Virus record (IMG/VR): IMGVR_UViG_3300043444_000257
Coordinates: 1-64,000 of that record
Strand: one strand, 5' to 3'
From: a virus
DNA length: 64,000 nt
Positions within the stretch are counted from its first letter, which is position 1. Each line of letters opens with the position of its first letter. The notes under the pieces are model-generated. The model was not told the DNA's origin. It was given only the letters and a program-made list of their open reading frames with translations, and did not search any database. This document shows, piece by piece, positions 12,201 to 20,833 of the stretch. Both the position numbers and the translations under genes were made by a program.

Positions 12201-15200
12201 GAATAAAAATTCTTTAACTGCTGTTGACCAGTCTTCGTTAGACTGCGTTTCTGGATTATAATTGTCAAATACAAAACCTATAGATTTCAGATATTGTTCG
12301 TAACCTAATAAGAAATCAACTACTGATTGAATAGAAGATAATCTAGTTCCGTAACTCAGTTTCTGGACTTTTAATGTGTTAAAATTTCTTCTTCTAAATG
12401 CTTCGACAGCTCCTACCTGAGGAATACCTGTTAATTTAGACCATAATGTTGGTTCAAATTCTGTTGACGACGTGTGAGTTCTTAATGCTCTAAAATAAAC
12501 ACTTTGATATCTAACCAACTGACCGTTGTTATAAAGTTTATCGGCTTCCCACTCTAAGAATCTTTCACTTATTCCGCCCACAGATACTAACGGATCTTTC
12601 TGGTTAGGAACTGCTGCGTAAAAATTAAAATACGGAGATATATCATCATAACCGTTGATTATCCATCCGCCTTCTGTTTTTTCTACGATAACACCGCTAT
12701 AAGTTATACTAGATATAGGAGAGCTGACATTAAAGATAATATCATAATTCTCTGCTGGAACAAAAATTGTGCTGCTGGAACTGCTTGGGCTCTTTGAATC
12801 TAATAGATATTTCTGCTGGGCCTTATCAACGAATCCAGATAGTCTTGTAGATAATCTAACATCGAGATTATTAACTACATCAAGGATAGAATCGGTTGAC
12901 AGTCCTTTAGATTTTACATAACCTATCAAGTATTGAACTAATCCGCTAGTTGGATTATTTTCTGATAAATCTAGCGCATCTGATAATTTTGAAAACAGTC
13001 CTGTTGAAACACTAACTGTTTGCCCGATTTTATTTGTTTTTGTTCTTGATGTGTCTAAATTTGAAGTTATAAATTCAAGAGGTTTCATCAGGCACATTGC
13101 CATGATCACAGCAAACGGCCACTCTGAACTTGATCTCCATCCATACTCTACCGGAGCTACATCGCCTAATTTAAACGGTCCTCTATTATTAACTAACGTA
13201 AAATTACCCGCAAGGCCGGAATCTAAAGGACTTAGTAATTTTCCGTTACCATCTGTTGGTATGTGAGACATGATCGTAGGACGCTTATATCTGTCATAAG
13301 TTCCTGCTCGATCGCCTTGACGGATTATACCATCTCGAAGGTCTTCCCACAATAGTAAATTATTTCTTGTATACGGTGCTGCACCATACTGGTCTTCCCA
13401 CCATGTTGGTTTTTCGCTGAAACCTAGCATTTCCCAAGGACAGCGATGAGGGCGATCAGTGTCATAGAACCACTGGTATACTCCTCTCCAAAATCCTGGA
13501 AGATTCTGAGAACCAGTAGGATCTGTCATGTTTGAATAAGTGTATGTAAATGAATTCTGAGTATCGAAATAATCATTGTTGATATAATCGATATTAGTAT
13601 TCATTATCCATTTTAAGAAATTCTGTGCTACAATTTCATCAAGTTGAGATTTTTTATACAGACCGGAATCGCCATATCCGCCAACTACTTCGTCGATGTC
13701 GAACACGCTCGGGTTGTATTCTTTTTTGATATTATTGTAAATTCTGTATTCTAGTTCTAATAATAAATCATCCCTAAAATCGTCAAATGCCGCTGTTATG
13801 CTACCATCGTGACCTTGTATCACCCATCTTGGTTCTTGATAGGTATCATCAAGGAATTTCATAGGAGTATATTTTTTATACAGACCCAATGATGTAGGTG
13901 TCGGAGGAATGAAGCATCCAGAAGTGGTTACATATTCTCTAATGTCTATTACATCGCCTATCTGAAGTGTAACGTCTATTGTTAATCTTAAAAATCCGAA
14001 TGTGGTATCAAACACATAGTCTTTTTTGTTTAATAGTTGATTACCATTTATATAGATATAAACAGCACGTCTGCTAAGTTCTTCTAAACTAAATCTTTCT
14101 GATAGACTAAAAGTTTTAATCCCTTCGTCTTCGACCACGTATCTTAGGAGGTTATAAGCTCCGTTACCTATCATATCAGAATCGGCAAATGGGCTTGAAG
14201 GTCCTTTTATTCTTCCAAGGTTGGCTACGATATCGTCGACAAAATCTGCAACGTCGTTATTAAAATCTATTTCGTTGGCTTTTTCTATAAAATTATTTTT
14301 AAATGTAGTATATGCTTTGTTAGCATATTGCAATGCTTTAATAACATTATTATTCTTATCGCATAATAAAGAAATAGCGATAGGTGTGATTCCCGAATGC
14401 TTTAAAAATCTTTTTCCGTAATTTCTATGTTCAAATAAATCTCTTAGATTTGATGATCCCGGAATTACTCCAGAGAATGCATCTTCAAACTCAACAGATG
14501 TAACAACATGATCGATCGCTTGACCTAAAGTAAATTCACTAAGATCATTGTTAAAAGGATTTTTTTCAAGACCTACAGGTATTTCATAATAACCCTGGTC
14601 TGGAGCTACGTCTGCAACTATCTTGATTACAACTACATCTTTTTCGTTAAATTGTTGATCAAATACAAATGTATTATTTTCTCTTGTATATGTTCCCGAA
14701 TATTTTTCTCCGTTAACATAGAAACGAATAGACGGGTCAGTTGTTAATTCTGTCCAATATATACTATCGAAAATTAAAGTATTAGTAGGCGAAGTAATTA
14801 TTTGACTATCAACAATTGGTTGAATAAACGAATCGTTTAATTTTATCCAAGAATTATGATATACATCATCTAAAGAAGATTGATAAAAACCTGTTGATAT
14901 TTTTTTACTATATCTAGTTTGACCTATTGTGTAATAGAAAATATCTGTATCCCAATTCCAGTTGAACAGGATATCTCCAACATTATCAATTTTTTGATAG
15001 CTAAGAACAAATCCTAACTCTTTATCAACCAATGCCGTGTTTCCTACTTTATAAGAAAGTATCTTGGTTCCGGCAAATGAACTGACAGGGTATGTTTCAG
15101 CGTTTGAAAAGCTAATTCCGTTTTCATCAAAAACATCAAATAATGGAGATTGGTTCACCGCAGTCTTAGTTTGGCTCTTAATCCATCCGGCGCCATCGAA

Positions 15201-16934
15201 GTGATACATTAAGCCTGCATTATTGATCCCTCGTCTTATTAGAACACACTCTCCCGAAATAGATTCTGAATCGCTTTCTTCTTTGAGACTAATCTGCTTT
15301 CTGTTATTGTGAGTTATAAAAGTCACTCTATATATTTTGTTGTTTGCCAACGAATCAGTGTCGGCTACAACTAATATTCTTGCACCTTCAAAAACAAATT
15401 CTCCATCGATGTTGTAACCCGTGCTTCCTTCGATTTTGCTAAAAACATCGTCCGTAAAATCATCAATATAGTCCACGGTAGCTTTAGCTGTATAACCGTG
15501 GTTGAATAGTTTTATATTCGGAGAAAATTCTATAATTGGTCTTTTTGCTCGGGCAGATTCAGCTGCATCGAAGTCTTGCCCTCTTAAAGAATATGAATAT
15601 TCCAAAACACTTCTATGGAACCATCTGTTATATCGTGCCCAAGGATTTATATCTTTACTATCTTTAGCAATAGTGATATAGTCTTTTGTTCCGGGATAAG
15701 CACTTGCATCATCGTATGGCTGAGTGTCGAATCCTTCGTTATCGAAAAGAACTTCTGGTAATTCAGATGACAACACCGGGACAACTAAATCAGCGAATCT
15801 AGTAAGTGTTATTTTATTTCCAACACCTTCTACTAACCATGAATCAGTAGCGTATTTCGATGGTGTAACGTTTCCCATAAATTCAACTACTAGACCGTTA
15901 GTGAATTCAACACCGTTGCTGCTCTTATAATTTGTCTTACCCAGTATTTCTTTTTCTATATCAATCTTAGTGTTAGATTCAATATCTGCTATTACGAATC
16001 TTCCAAATTTATTAGGATCTGTTACACTTTGATAATAAAGAATGTCTGGAGAATCATATGGAACTGTAAATGTAATCGTTCCATTTTCAATTTTATTATT
16101 AGTCACCCCTTGATTATAATCAAGAGCGGTTGCCTGGCTAGAAACTATCTCTATAAATTCCCAGTCTTGGCTGTTCACATCGATACTGCTACCATCGTTG
16201 GCGCTGATTTCAACTTTGGCTTTCCATAGCTTATTATCATATACAACAATAGATCCGGCAAAATAAGTTCTGTTAGGATCGTAAATCAAAGATCCCGTAT
16301 CATAACTAGTTCTAATAGCGAACCCATCTTTAGGAACATTAACAACAAATTTATAAGTTTGTCCTCTATATAAAGTTATTGACGGATTGTTAGTATAACC
16401 GTCGGGAGTAAAAATAAAACTATTCACAGAGGTTTTTACTCTGTAGGTGCTGACAACCGATGACGACTGCCCATAAACTGAAACCGGAGGAGGGCCGTCT
16501 GGGGCCCAGAAGTATTCTCTATAGTTTACAAATTTGTCCCAGTCTATTGGCGGATTCCAAGTATAGTGTTCTTGGCTAGTGAATAGATCATCTCTTTCTT
16601 CTGTATTTCCAAAAAATCTTAATTGATTTTTGAAATCTAGATAATCATAATACTCTGTAATCTTTTGATCTTTATTGTAAACAACACCAGGTTCTAATTG
16701 ATATCTGCTGCGTAATGTGTTATCTGTGTCAAGATAAACATCTTTTCCATTAAATGTTTTTCCGTATCTGCGACCAACATAACCAACAGTTTTCTCAAGA
16801 AGACCTGGCTGGGTTAGTGGATCCACTACTCCGGATAAAAACTTATCGTTAGTTGGTGTTCTAAAAACCGAAGGTAATAACTCTACAGTTTTTCTAACAG
16901 GAAGACCGCTTTTAGGAAATTTTTTATTTGCCAT
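3270..16934 (-). CDS. Giant (4554 aa) baseplate/virion structural protein, probable gp7-like wedge protein with CBM5/12-like repeats and an FG-GAP-like propeller
   Basis: Uninterrupted 13.7-kb ORF right after gp6 (the T4 gp7 position). Repeats such as Y..GD.V.Y...W and FG.S......GSP, plus G.GY...P.V.I.GDG.GA.A.A motifs typical of large T4-like virion proteins. Confidence 0.7.
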   Translation of the reverse strand: MANKKFPKSGLPVRKTVELLPSVFRTPTNDKFLSGVVDPLTQPGLLEKTVGYVGRRYGKTFNGKDVYLDTDNTLRSRYQLEPGVVYNKDQKITEYYDYLDFKNQLRFFGNTEERDDLFTSQEHYTWNPPIDWDKFVNYREYFWAPDGPPPVSVYGQSSSVVSTYRVKTSVNSFIFTPDGYTNNPSITLYRGQTYKFVVNVPKDGFAIRTSYDTGSLIYDPNRTYFAGSIVVYDNKLWKAKVEISANDGSSIDVNSQDWEFIEIVSSQATALDYNQGVTNNKIENGTITFTVPYDSPDILYYQSVTDPNKFGRFVIADIESNTKIDIEKEILGKTNYKSSNGVEFTNGLVVEFMGNVTPSKYATDSWLVEGVGNKITLTRFADLVVPVLSSELPEVLFDNEGFDTQPYDDASAYPGTKDYITIAKDSKDINPWARYNRWFHRSVLEYSYSLRGQDFDAAESARAKRPIIEFSPNIKLFNHGYTAKATVDYIDDFTDDVFSKIEGSTGYNIDGEFVFEGARILVVADTDSLANNKIYRVTFITHNNRKQISLKEESDSESISGECVLIRRGINNAGLMYHFDGAGWIKSQTKTAVNQSPLFDVFDENGISFSNAETYPVSSFAGTKILSYKVGNTALVDKELGFVLSYQKIDNVGDILFNWNWDTDIFYYTIGQTRYSKKISTGFYQSSLDDVYHNSWIKLNDSFIQPIVDSQIITSPTNTLIFDSIYWTELTTDPSIRFYVNGEKYSGTYTRENNTFVFDQQFNEKDVVVIKIVADVAPDQGYYEIPVGLEKNPFNNDLSEFTLGQAIDHVVTSVEFEDAFSGVIPGSSNLRDLFEHRNYGKRFLKHSGITPIAISLLCDKNNNVIKALQYANKAYTTFKNNFIEKANEIDFNNDVADFVDDIVANLGRIKGPSSPFADSDMIGNGAYNLLRYVVEDEGIKTFSLSERFSLEELSRRAVYIYINGNQLLNKKDYVFDTTFGFLRLTIDVTLQIGDVIDIREYVTTSGCFIPPTPTSLGLYKKYTPMKFLDDTYQEPRWVIQGHDGSITAAFDDFRDDLLLELEYRIYNNIKKEYNPSVFDIDEVVGGYGDSGLYKKSQLDEIVAQNFLKWIMNTNIDYINNDYFDTQNSFTYTYSNMTDPTGSQNLPGFWRGVYQWFYDTDRPHRCPWEMLGFSEKPTWWEDQYGAAPYTRNNLLLWEDLRDGIIRQGDRAGTYDRYKRPTIMSHIPTDGNGKLLSPLDSGLAGNFTLVNNRGPFKLGDVAPVEYGWRSSSEWPFAVIMAMCLMKPLEFITSNLDTSRTKTNKIGQTVSVSTGLFSKLSDALDLSENNPTSGLVQYLIGYVKSKGLSTDSILDVVNNLDVRLSTRLSGFVDKAQQKYLLDSKSPSSSSSTIFVPAENYDIIFNVSSPISSITYSGVIVEKTEGGWIINGYDDISPYFNFYAAVPNQKDPLVSVGGISERFLEWEADKLYNNGQLVRYQSVYFRALRTHTSSTEFEPTLWSKLTGIPQVGAVEAFRRRNFNTLKVQKLSYGTRLSSIQSVVDFLLGYEQYLKSIGFVFDNYNPETQSNEDWSTAVKEFLFWTKQNWMVGSLLTLSPSANKLYVTIPVGVADSLLDSFYDYNVLKVDGKPLSPGFINVNRDFQSLTVETTNTTDGIYYLKLYYVLKEHVAIFTDKTVFSDVIYDKVTGYRQERIKTQGYRTIDWDGDYTSPGFLFDNVNIDAWMPWTDYKLGDIVSYRSYNWTSLSNQNGTELFDETQWTKLDSTPEKQLVPNFDFRINQFYDYYNVDSQGIGETQRDLARHTVGYQQRDYLQNLAEDPVTQFQLYQGFIREKGTINSITKVFDKLSRSTETSISLNEEWAFRLGRFGGTDQLSELEFTILKQHFELNPQPLLFVEYQPSVDTDQNYRIVKADFTIEPIPYTTNINPVSLETPPVKTAGYVNDLTVDYTIKNRQNLTDLNIEEMFDNCHIWVTFDSPSWTVLRFNQSPLLNIDSISKSGTSVTVTLSRPHNFVVGDYVGIKDVINLTGFFEVESIDTRSITVSVAADAQDPEYDISSITPIYILTEARFKSYGDIIPGSMALLKNNSKLWIDNNGSDLWEVINKSNQYSDLTISEYGITTPLYAGTKVLYDDNLKQVISSIPGSGYVMCYVEGPSGLVLKQIVAPPAGLENSVLGSFGTKMAITPDSRFLIIASPSANNVRSDYVGEFDSTKNYLVDDVVLYQGKLWKAVQDVRADGSTADFDLSDWTVAVNIPATPVGSGIGSTAQGMISVYEYVNQQWTISDSFVSPRPSNAESFGSDVCVGQSGSKYYMAVSATGALDKRGRVYLYVYESGEWKHLENENYKGVYNSSPASFYPKGSIVWYDSGLWQANTDTFGDGSTISVDSLSWTRIDPVSTQCSLPQNIALDDDGSTLALGLVSETQLAELVKQGDEFGFSLSMSRDGSILAVGSPNSDGQYFANYRGIWRPDIEYVEGDVVKYDDIYHRLIQRDGEAGDSTTRSYNEEPGSLPWENVGDSSSESSGKVYIYQRNSNDLYQLKQTINNGSMANLNDIDSGSLISSGDQFGWSLDVDYSGSTLIVSSPLADINLQNQGSVYVFRTDGYAPVEYRLKQKLESYEQYPNEYFGQNVQISANTEKIVVGAKNAPFIIPTRLDTTLGTTFDKGRTKFIESQGYSGAAYVFEIKDGIYFLAEKLETDFTPFESFGYSVDVSASSIVVGSPDYKNSITGAKTGNVRLFKKDQSVNSLNVIGQQTETVDIAMIKSISLYDTEKNYKIQELDYVDHAKLKILNSAESEIKFKTSFDPAVYTIGTADQVVDLETAWTTKNVGYLWWNLATAKWKDYEQGDLSYRLGNWNTLAEGSTIDVYEWVETLLLPSEWSALADTNEGIAEGISGQPLYPNDDVYSVKYLFNSAGQPTDTLYYYWVKNKVIVPSNLPGRKISAAAVANLILNPAASGTAFIALIDKDKILTYNLPSVMTSSTAVINLEFRKDKSDLNPIHNEYQLLSDGMAESLPSEKLETKWFDSLIGYDQAGNRVPDPSLPIKQKYGVSFRPRQSMFVDRLAVLKIVVDRVNTILKSQAFADTIDYKNLNLVDEAPGEALNLYDVTVDTYNDLAVVGTVRTKQARLQINIVDGEVDTIDILDSGAGYKVSPPVVIDGDGQGAKATAIIDNQGRITSVRIDSRGKRYNSAVVTVRQFSVLVSADATANGFWSIYAWDDVRKTFFRSASQAFDTTRYWEYADWYKDGYGIGTRLVKEIFQVFEEPTISVEIGDVIRVKEYASGGWAWFEKISDDATTFADKYMLVARQRGTIQLKDTLYNINNAGIGYDNVSSFDTGFYDIENAKELRNILNAIKEDIFVNDYAVEWNKLFFTCIRYVFSEQLYVDWAFKTSFLNAIHNIGPLEQRLNYKNDNLENFQDYIDEVKPYRSTVRQYISRYDTVEPLGMAATDFDLPAAYVEIEGKIIPITETNSTIDSYPWKWWKENRGFSIVDMQVADGGEEYVTAPRVVIDGDGTGATAQAFISNGTVSGIKVLTAGSGYTRAPTVTLVGGNATGYRKARAVPILGDTKARTFDLKIKFDRLAKQGIYSNLSHSQTFTADGFTAVFDLSYAPTRDKSKISIKKNDQIILTSEYSVDLYTTSVGEYTILKGKIRFVDVPSRNDIITISYQKNDELLDSINRIEKYYAPTSGMIGDELGQLMTGIDFGGVSIQGTTFDVTGGWDALPWFTDNWDSVEPSSDYYHIADGSTNYVVLPYTPAEGQQINVYIKRYNEQITKRIDDPYWTPALDSSYAVNPNAEMPTFVGDGSTKVVEIGDYIQTFTGDTLIFRPAESDGSVVVNDPNILDTKISGGSLSAMSGAYATATGTTAEEIAIEGGKFISPDQVPAPEENIPGQVLDSVSIKVFQTTITGSSAIQSTVLVSDGSTRFFDIGINVLEKQSILIYIDKVKQTDYAIDFKLNQIEFPIAPDANKIIEIIAVSVGGLSLLDYQEYEADGDTALFLTNANYIDTSAVFVTVDGIQTDIGFINSTGNFALTNKTVAQFSIKPSARSIVKIIALGANFDVDSTGLSVVRVNRQTVTYEGSTRSFDLDKFVNLQRASSLSSIIVEVNGRALKGVDTVNSVYDGTNNIFELGKDPFEPAGTILPTNLRLFINGELKTFVEDYNYDGTSKELTIVPSVLTVGDVIVIENDFRAEYYIDGNNIVIIDTYPLVDEDEIVVTWFSEYPSLKMVSDEYTGGKVKYRLDYTPLSIDYVWVYKNGIRLTRDQDYYVDLGRNAVYLTQDTTVVDLIKIVLFGDKTYRTPSGFEIYKDMLNGYKFSRYSINDVKLVKQLNYYDTSLEVNDASGLTEPIPSRNIPGVLHINGEKIEYMNISGNVISQLRRGSLGTAIAVLHPAESRVIDIGYQNMIPYNETQDRVDFISDGSTVLIGPLEYTPSKSSRNSWYRDTIPSTYGPCDQLEVFVGGRRLRKDPIAVYDESLGSFSPAADKTLEAEFSVNGTTNYIRLTEAVSAGTRISVIKKTGKLWYERGESTASNGVSLLDSATTIAKFIAQGASDLPE

Positions 16935-16935
16935 A

Positions 16936-19900
16936 TTATGTTGAACTTACAATGCTGTTGACACTAGCTCTTACCTCTGCTGCGGTAATAGCTGAAACTA
17001 TTTCAATATCATCAACGGTCGCTCCGCTGACAAATATTTCGCTGCTCTTACTTTGAATCTCGAAAAGACTACCAAACTCTTGACTAGGCTGTCTTGGCAA
17101 TATCACCATGTTACTCACGTCCGGAGATACACTGTTTATTACATATGTAATCATTTCGCTGAGATAAAACTTGTCTCCGAAATCCCAATTATTCACGTCG
17201 AAGAATTCATTCATAGCATTAACGATTCTTACCTTAAGGTCATTGTCATTAATACTCTTAGATGGATTTTTAACTACTTTAAACGATGCCTGTAGTTTTT
17301 CATCAGCTTTTGATCCAAACAATACTTTATATTCCACAGGATGATATATGATTTCGTCGCTGATAGATTTAATAGCATCTAGCTTTGCTCCGAAACTTAT
17401 CTTTAGACTGTCACTGTTAGGTGCCACTGGTTTATCAGCTGCTCCTGCTAGATAATTTCTAAACTCTGTATTATAACTTCTTGTTAATAGGTAAACATCA
17501 ACAATGTTACTTGCACTAGGATCTATCCTTCTATTAATGCTTGCGTTATGAACATACTGAAACTTTAGACCGTCTCGGCCTAATACACCTTTATAAGAGT
17601 TTTCTATATCAAGAGTGTTAGTTGTTCTGTTAACACGCTTAACTCTATTTTCATTAACATCATAGAAATAGATCAATTGCCCGTCGGTAAATTCGTTTAC
17701 ATTAATCAAAGATTCTTTTTGATAGATTAATATAGTATCATTAGAATTATCAATTAATGTTCTTATAACATATCCGTTATCATCAACTACTTCTTGGAAG
17801 AAAATATAACTTAGTTGACTATCCTCTCCAACTATATCCTCGAACGCATCCGGATTGTCGATAGCTCCATCATCGTCGCTGTCTGTAAATGCTAGTTTAA
17901 TTTCTTGTGTGCTTTCGTAACCATCATCGAATTTAATAGTATCAGCTATCTCAAAACTTACATCGGATATCATAGGAGTTATTCTATCTTTCGATGTGTT
18001 AATTCCTAAAACACTAACTGTATCTTTAACCACTTTACCTAATTGGTTATTATAATCTTTTTCGTTGGCATCAAAATAAAATCTGTTTTGTTTTATGCTA
18101 CCAAAAATATAGTTTAAGCCTCTGATTCTAATATCATATCTATCTGCATTTTTTACAAAAGCCATTATCCAAGAACTATCTAGCGCGGCGTTTGATGTGT
18201 CACCGGATTTACCAAGGCTGAAATCACTTAATAAATCAAGGTTAGTAGAAGTAATAATCTTCCATGTTTGTTCTGTTACAGAATATCTCAATCCAAAATT
18301 TAAATCTTGAGATATTTGGTTAACCATTTCTGTTTCAATCGCTGTTGACAGATCATTAACAAATTTAGGAACCACCCTGGTAATCGTAGCATACCTGTCG
18401 TTGGCCACGTCCATAGGAATATTTTCGCTTAGGGTAATTGGTCCTAATCCGTTAGCTAATGTTCCTCGGCCTGCGTTTGTTCCATCTCCTACAACTTTAA
18501 TAACCTTGGCCCAAATATAATTAATCTGGTCTGCATCGTTTGAATCCTTGGCCACAATTTTATTCTTTTTAAAGGCATAACCAGTAGGTGGAGATAACTT
18601 AACCAACGAACCAGCAGTTATATATTTTAAACTGTTTGTCGCATAATTTCCGACCTTCGATAAAAACGTTCCGTTTTTAAAGTAACCAGTAGACTGACTC
18701 ACGTCAGATGTAATAGTATTCCACTGAATAGTTTCGCCGGCAGTAAACAAAATTTTATCGTATTTTGTAAGATAAAAATTAAATGTGTCGTTGCTTGCGA
18801 ATTGTGTTTCAAGGATTCTTCTAATAAAATTAATTGCATCAATTCTGTTTGTATACTTAAAAGTTAAAACTTTTTCTGTTTCTTCTTTATAGATGTATCC
18901 ATCATTAGCATAAACATTCACAGCACTGTATCTACCGGTAGCATCTATAATATCAAAATTTCTAGATATACCAGAACTAGTTCTATTAACTGATTTTACT
19001 TTCAAAATGTTTTGACTGCTGGTCAACGGAGCAAGATTATAATCTTCTCCAGTGATCATTCTATTTTGTGTGTAAAAACTTGCAGGAGCATTTGCTCTAA
19101 TAGTATCAATTTCTTCTGCTGGAGAAGATGTTGCTACTGTATATTGTAGTGCCAGTCCTATTGTAATATTGTGTTCTTCTCCTCTCTTATTGATATATGG
19201 TATCGTGATGTTGATACCTCTCATCTCGTTAGGAGAAATTGTATATGATAATCCGTTACTGGTTCTATAATAAACACGGAAACTTCCTTGGGGTAAGTTA
19301 CCGTAGATTCCATCAGCAAACACTAGGTCAACTCGATCGTTATCTTTAGTTACTACTGAATAAATGTTTCTTACATTTTGAGAAATACTATTATAGACAA
19401 TATTGTTTCCAACTAAATTAGCAACCTGTGTCCATTGATTTAATTGAACTCCGTTAGCACTTAGGTCGAATAGCCACACATCGTCGTTGTTAATTCCGGT
19501 AGCATCAACTGCAACCGTTTCGTTCGTAGTCGGCACTTCGATTGAAAAATCCGCTAATTCTAGACTTCCTTGTTTAAACATCATAAAGAATCCAGTATTC
19601 GAACTGCCGGGACCAGACCCGTCATTTTTATAAATGAATCCTATCTGGTTACCAGGAACTGGTGGTTCTTCGTAAGGAACTTCTTGTCCCTTAAATGCTG
19701 TAGAAACTATTTCAAACGACATGCCTCTTGAGGCCACTGTTTTAGTGAATGAATATATAGGAACATCGGAAGAAATCGTTCTGAACCTATATTGTTCAGT
19801 TGGGATTCCTTGTATAGTGGCAGATCCTTGACTACGGCCAAATTCTGTGTTGTCTGCCATTGCCGAATTTAAGATTAGAATAAACTGTTCTAACCAATTG

Positions 19901-20349
19901 GTATTTGTTGGATCATTCCATGCTACAATTTGTTGGGCTAGATTTTTTCCGTTACTGTCAAACACTTCTTCGGTGGTAGTAACTGTGGTAAATTTTAAAA
20001 GACCTTGAGATGCTACATTTCGTTTTGCATTGTAGCTGAGCATTTTAGCCAGTCGAATAACACTTTCTTTAGTTTCGGCTAACTCAATAAAATTTTCTCT
20101 AGATGCTAAGTCGATACGGAAAGCAAGGCTCTGTCCCAAAAATGCCACAGCGTCGATAAGGGCCATGTATTCCGAGCTTTCGATATAATCGTTAAAATCT
20201 TCTGGATAATTCTCGCGAAGATAGGTAATAATAACGCGGCGAAGATTTTCAAAATCGTAAGATTTGAAATCAGCATTTTTAAATGTCTGATATATTCTAG
20301 TCCAATCTTGATTTAAAATTAAGTTATTTTGTCTGCTCGTTGTTGTCAT
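16936..20349 (-). CDS. gp6: Baseplate wedge subunit, T4 gp6-like
   Basis: N-terminal YDFENLR..IITYLR...EDFNDY.ESS....LID..A and later EEIDTIRANAP..FYTQNRMITGEDY are gp6/baseplate-J motifs; follows gp25. Confidence 0.85.
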   Translation of the reverse strand: MTTTSRQNNLILNQDWTRIYQTFKNADFKSYDFENLRRVIITYLRENYPEDFNDYIESSEYMALIDAVAFLGQSLAFRIDLASRENFIELAETKESVIRLAKMLSYNAKRNVASQGLLKFTTVTTTEEVFDSNGKNLAQQIVAWNDPTNTNWLEQFILILNSAMADNTEFGRSQGSATIQGIPTEQYRFRTISSDVPIYSFTKTVASRGMSFEIVSTAFKGQEVPYEEPPVPGNQIGFIYKNDGSGPGSSNTGFFMMFKQGSLELADFSIEVPTTNETVAVDATGINNDDVWLFDLSANGVQLNQWTQVANLVGNNIVYNSISQNVRNIYSVVTKDNDRVDLVFADGIYGNLPQGSFRVYYRTSNGLSYTISPNEMRGINITIPYINKRGEEHNITIGLALQYTVATSSPAEEIDTIRANAPASFYTQNRMITGEDYNLAPLTSSQNILKVKSVNRTSSGISRNFDIIDATGRYSAVNVYANDGYIYKEETEKVLTFKYTNRIDAINFIRRILETQFASNDTFNFYLTKYDKILFTAGETIQWNTITSDVSQSTGYFKNGTFLSKVGNYATNSLKYITAGSLVKLSPPTGYAFKKNKIVAKDSNDADQINYIWAKVIKVVGDGTNAGRGTLANGLGPITLSENIPMDVANDRYATITRVVPKFVNDLSTAIETEMVNQISQDLNFGLRYSVTEQTWKIITSTNLDLLSDFSLGKSGDTSNAALDSSWIMAFVKNADRYDIRIRGLNYIFGSIKQNRFYFDANEKDYNNQLGKVVKDTVSVLGINTSKDRITPMISDVSFEIADTIKFDDGYESTQEIKLAFTDSDDDGAIDNPDAFEDIVGEDSQLSYIFFQEVVDDNGYVIRTLIDNSNDTILIYQKESLINVNEFTDGQLIYFYDVNENRVKRVNRTTNTLDIENSYKGVLGRDGLKFQYVHNASINRRIDPSASNIVDVYLLTRSYNTEFRNYLAGAADKPVAPNSDSLKISFGAKLDAIKSISDEIIYHPVEYKVLFGSKADEKLQASFKVVKNPSKSINDNDLKVRIVNAMNEFFDVNNWDFGDKFYLSEMITYVINSVSPDVSNMVILPRQPSQEFGSLFEIQSKSSEIFVSGATVDDIEIVSAITAAEVRASVNSIVSST

Positions 20350-20366
20350 TTTTCGGTCCTATCTAA

Positions 20367-20374
20367 TATTTACC
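20367..20374 (-). promoter_or_regulatory. Late promoter core (GGTAAATA) upstream of gp6
   Basis: TAAATA core in the short intergenic gap, 17 nt before the gp6 ATG. Confidence 0.5.
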
Positions 20375-20390
20375 AAACAAAATAAACTGG

Positions 20391-20831
20391 TCAGTTAATA
20401 ATAGCATTGTTCTTATCGAAGTTGAAAGTCATCCTTTCATTGATATTAAAAGGAATATAGGTAATATCTGCCTGTATCCTAATACCTTGATCCGTGCTGT
20501 CGATCTGTATTTCATTAACTGCGATCCTCGGATCATAGTTTATAATTTCTTCTACATCTTTACTGATAATTGTTTTAACTTCTTCTGTAAAAGGTTCAAA
20601 TAATATATCCCAGATAACTGTTCCAAATTCCGGATTTTCTAACTTTTCGCCTTTGCGAATATAAAAATGATTGATTAGATCTTGCTTAACTAGGTCAACA
20701 TCAAAAAGTTTATAATTTCTTTTACTTTCTGACGAATTAAAACCTTTATAGGCAAAACTAGTATTACCCTGTGTGCCCACAGATGCTGTGTTATTTGCTA
20801 CCACTTTTTGATTATAAAGTTTATTTGCCAT
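20391..20831 (-). CDS. gp25: Baseplate wedge subunit gp25 (GPW/gp25 family)
   Basis: D.DLVKQDLINHF..RKGEKLENPEFG..IWD.LFEP...I..II.YDPRI is the gp25 signature. Confidence 0.9.
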   Translation of the reverse strand: MANKLYNQKVVANNTASVGTQGNTSFAYKGFNSSESKRNYKLFDVDLVKQDLINHFYIRKGEKLENPEFGTVIWDILFEPFTEEVKTIISKDVEEIINYDPRIAVNEIQIDSTDQGIRIQADITYIPFNINERMTFNFDKNNAIIN

Positions 20832-20833
20832 TT

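Noticed and set aside
873-16229. Numerous 60-130 aa plus-strand ORFs opposite the baseplate genes (similar antisense ORFs occur throughout the window)
   Set aside because: Antisense shadows of long coding frames, with no independent expression signals.
3270-16934. Intein or stop-codon reassignment as the reason for the giant ORF
   Set aside because: No intein splice or LAGLIDADG motifs noticed, and the standard code already gives dense, full-length genes across the window.
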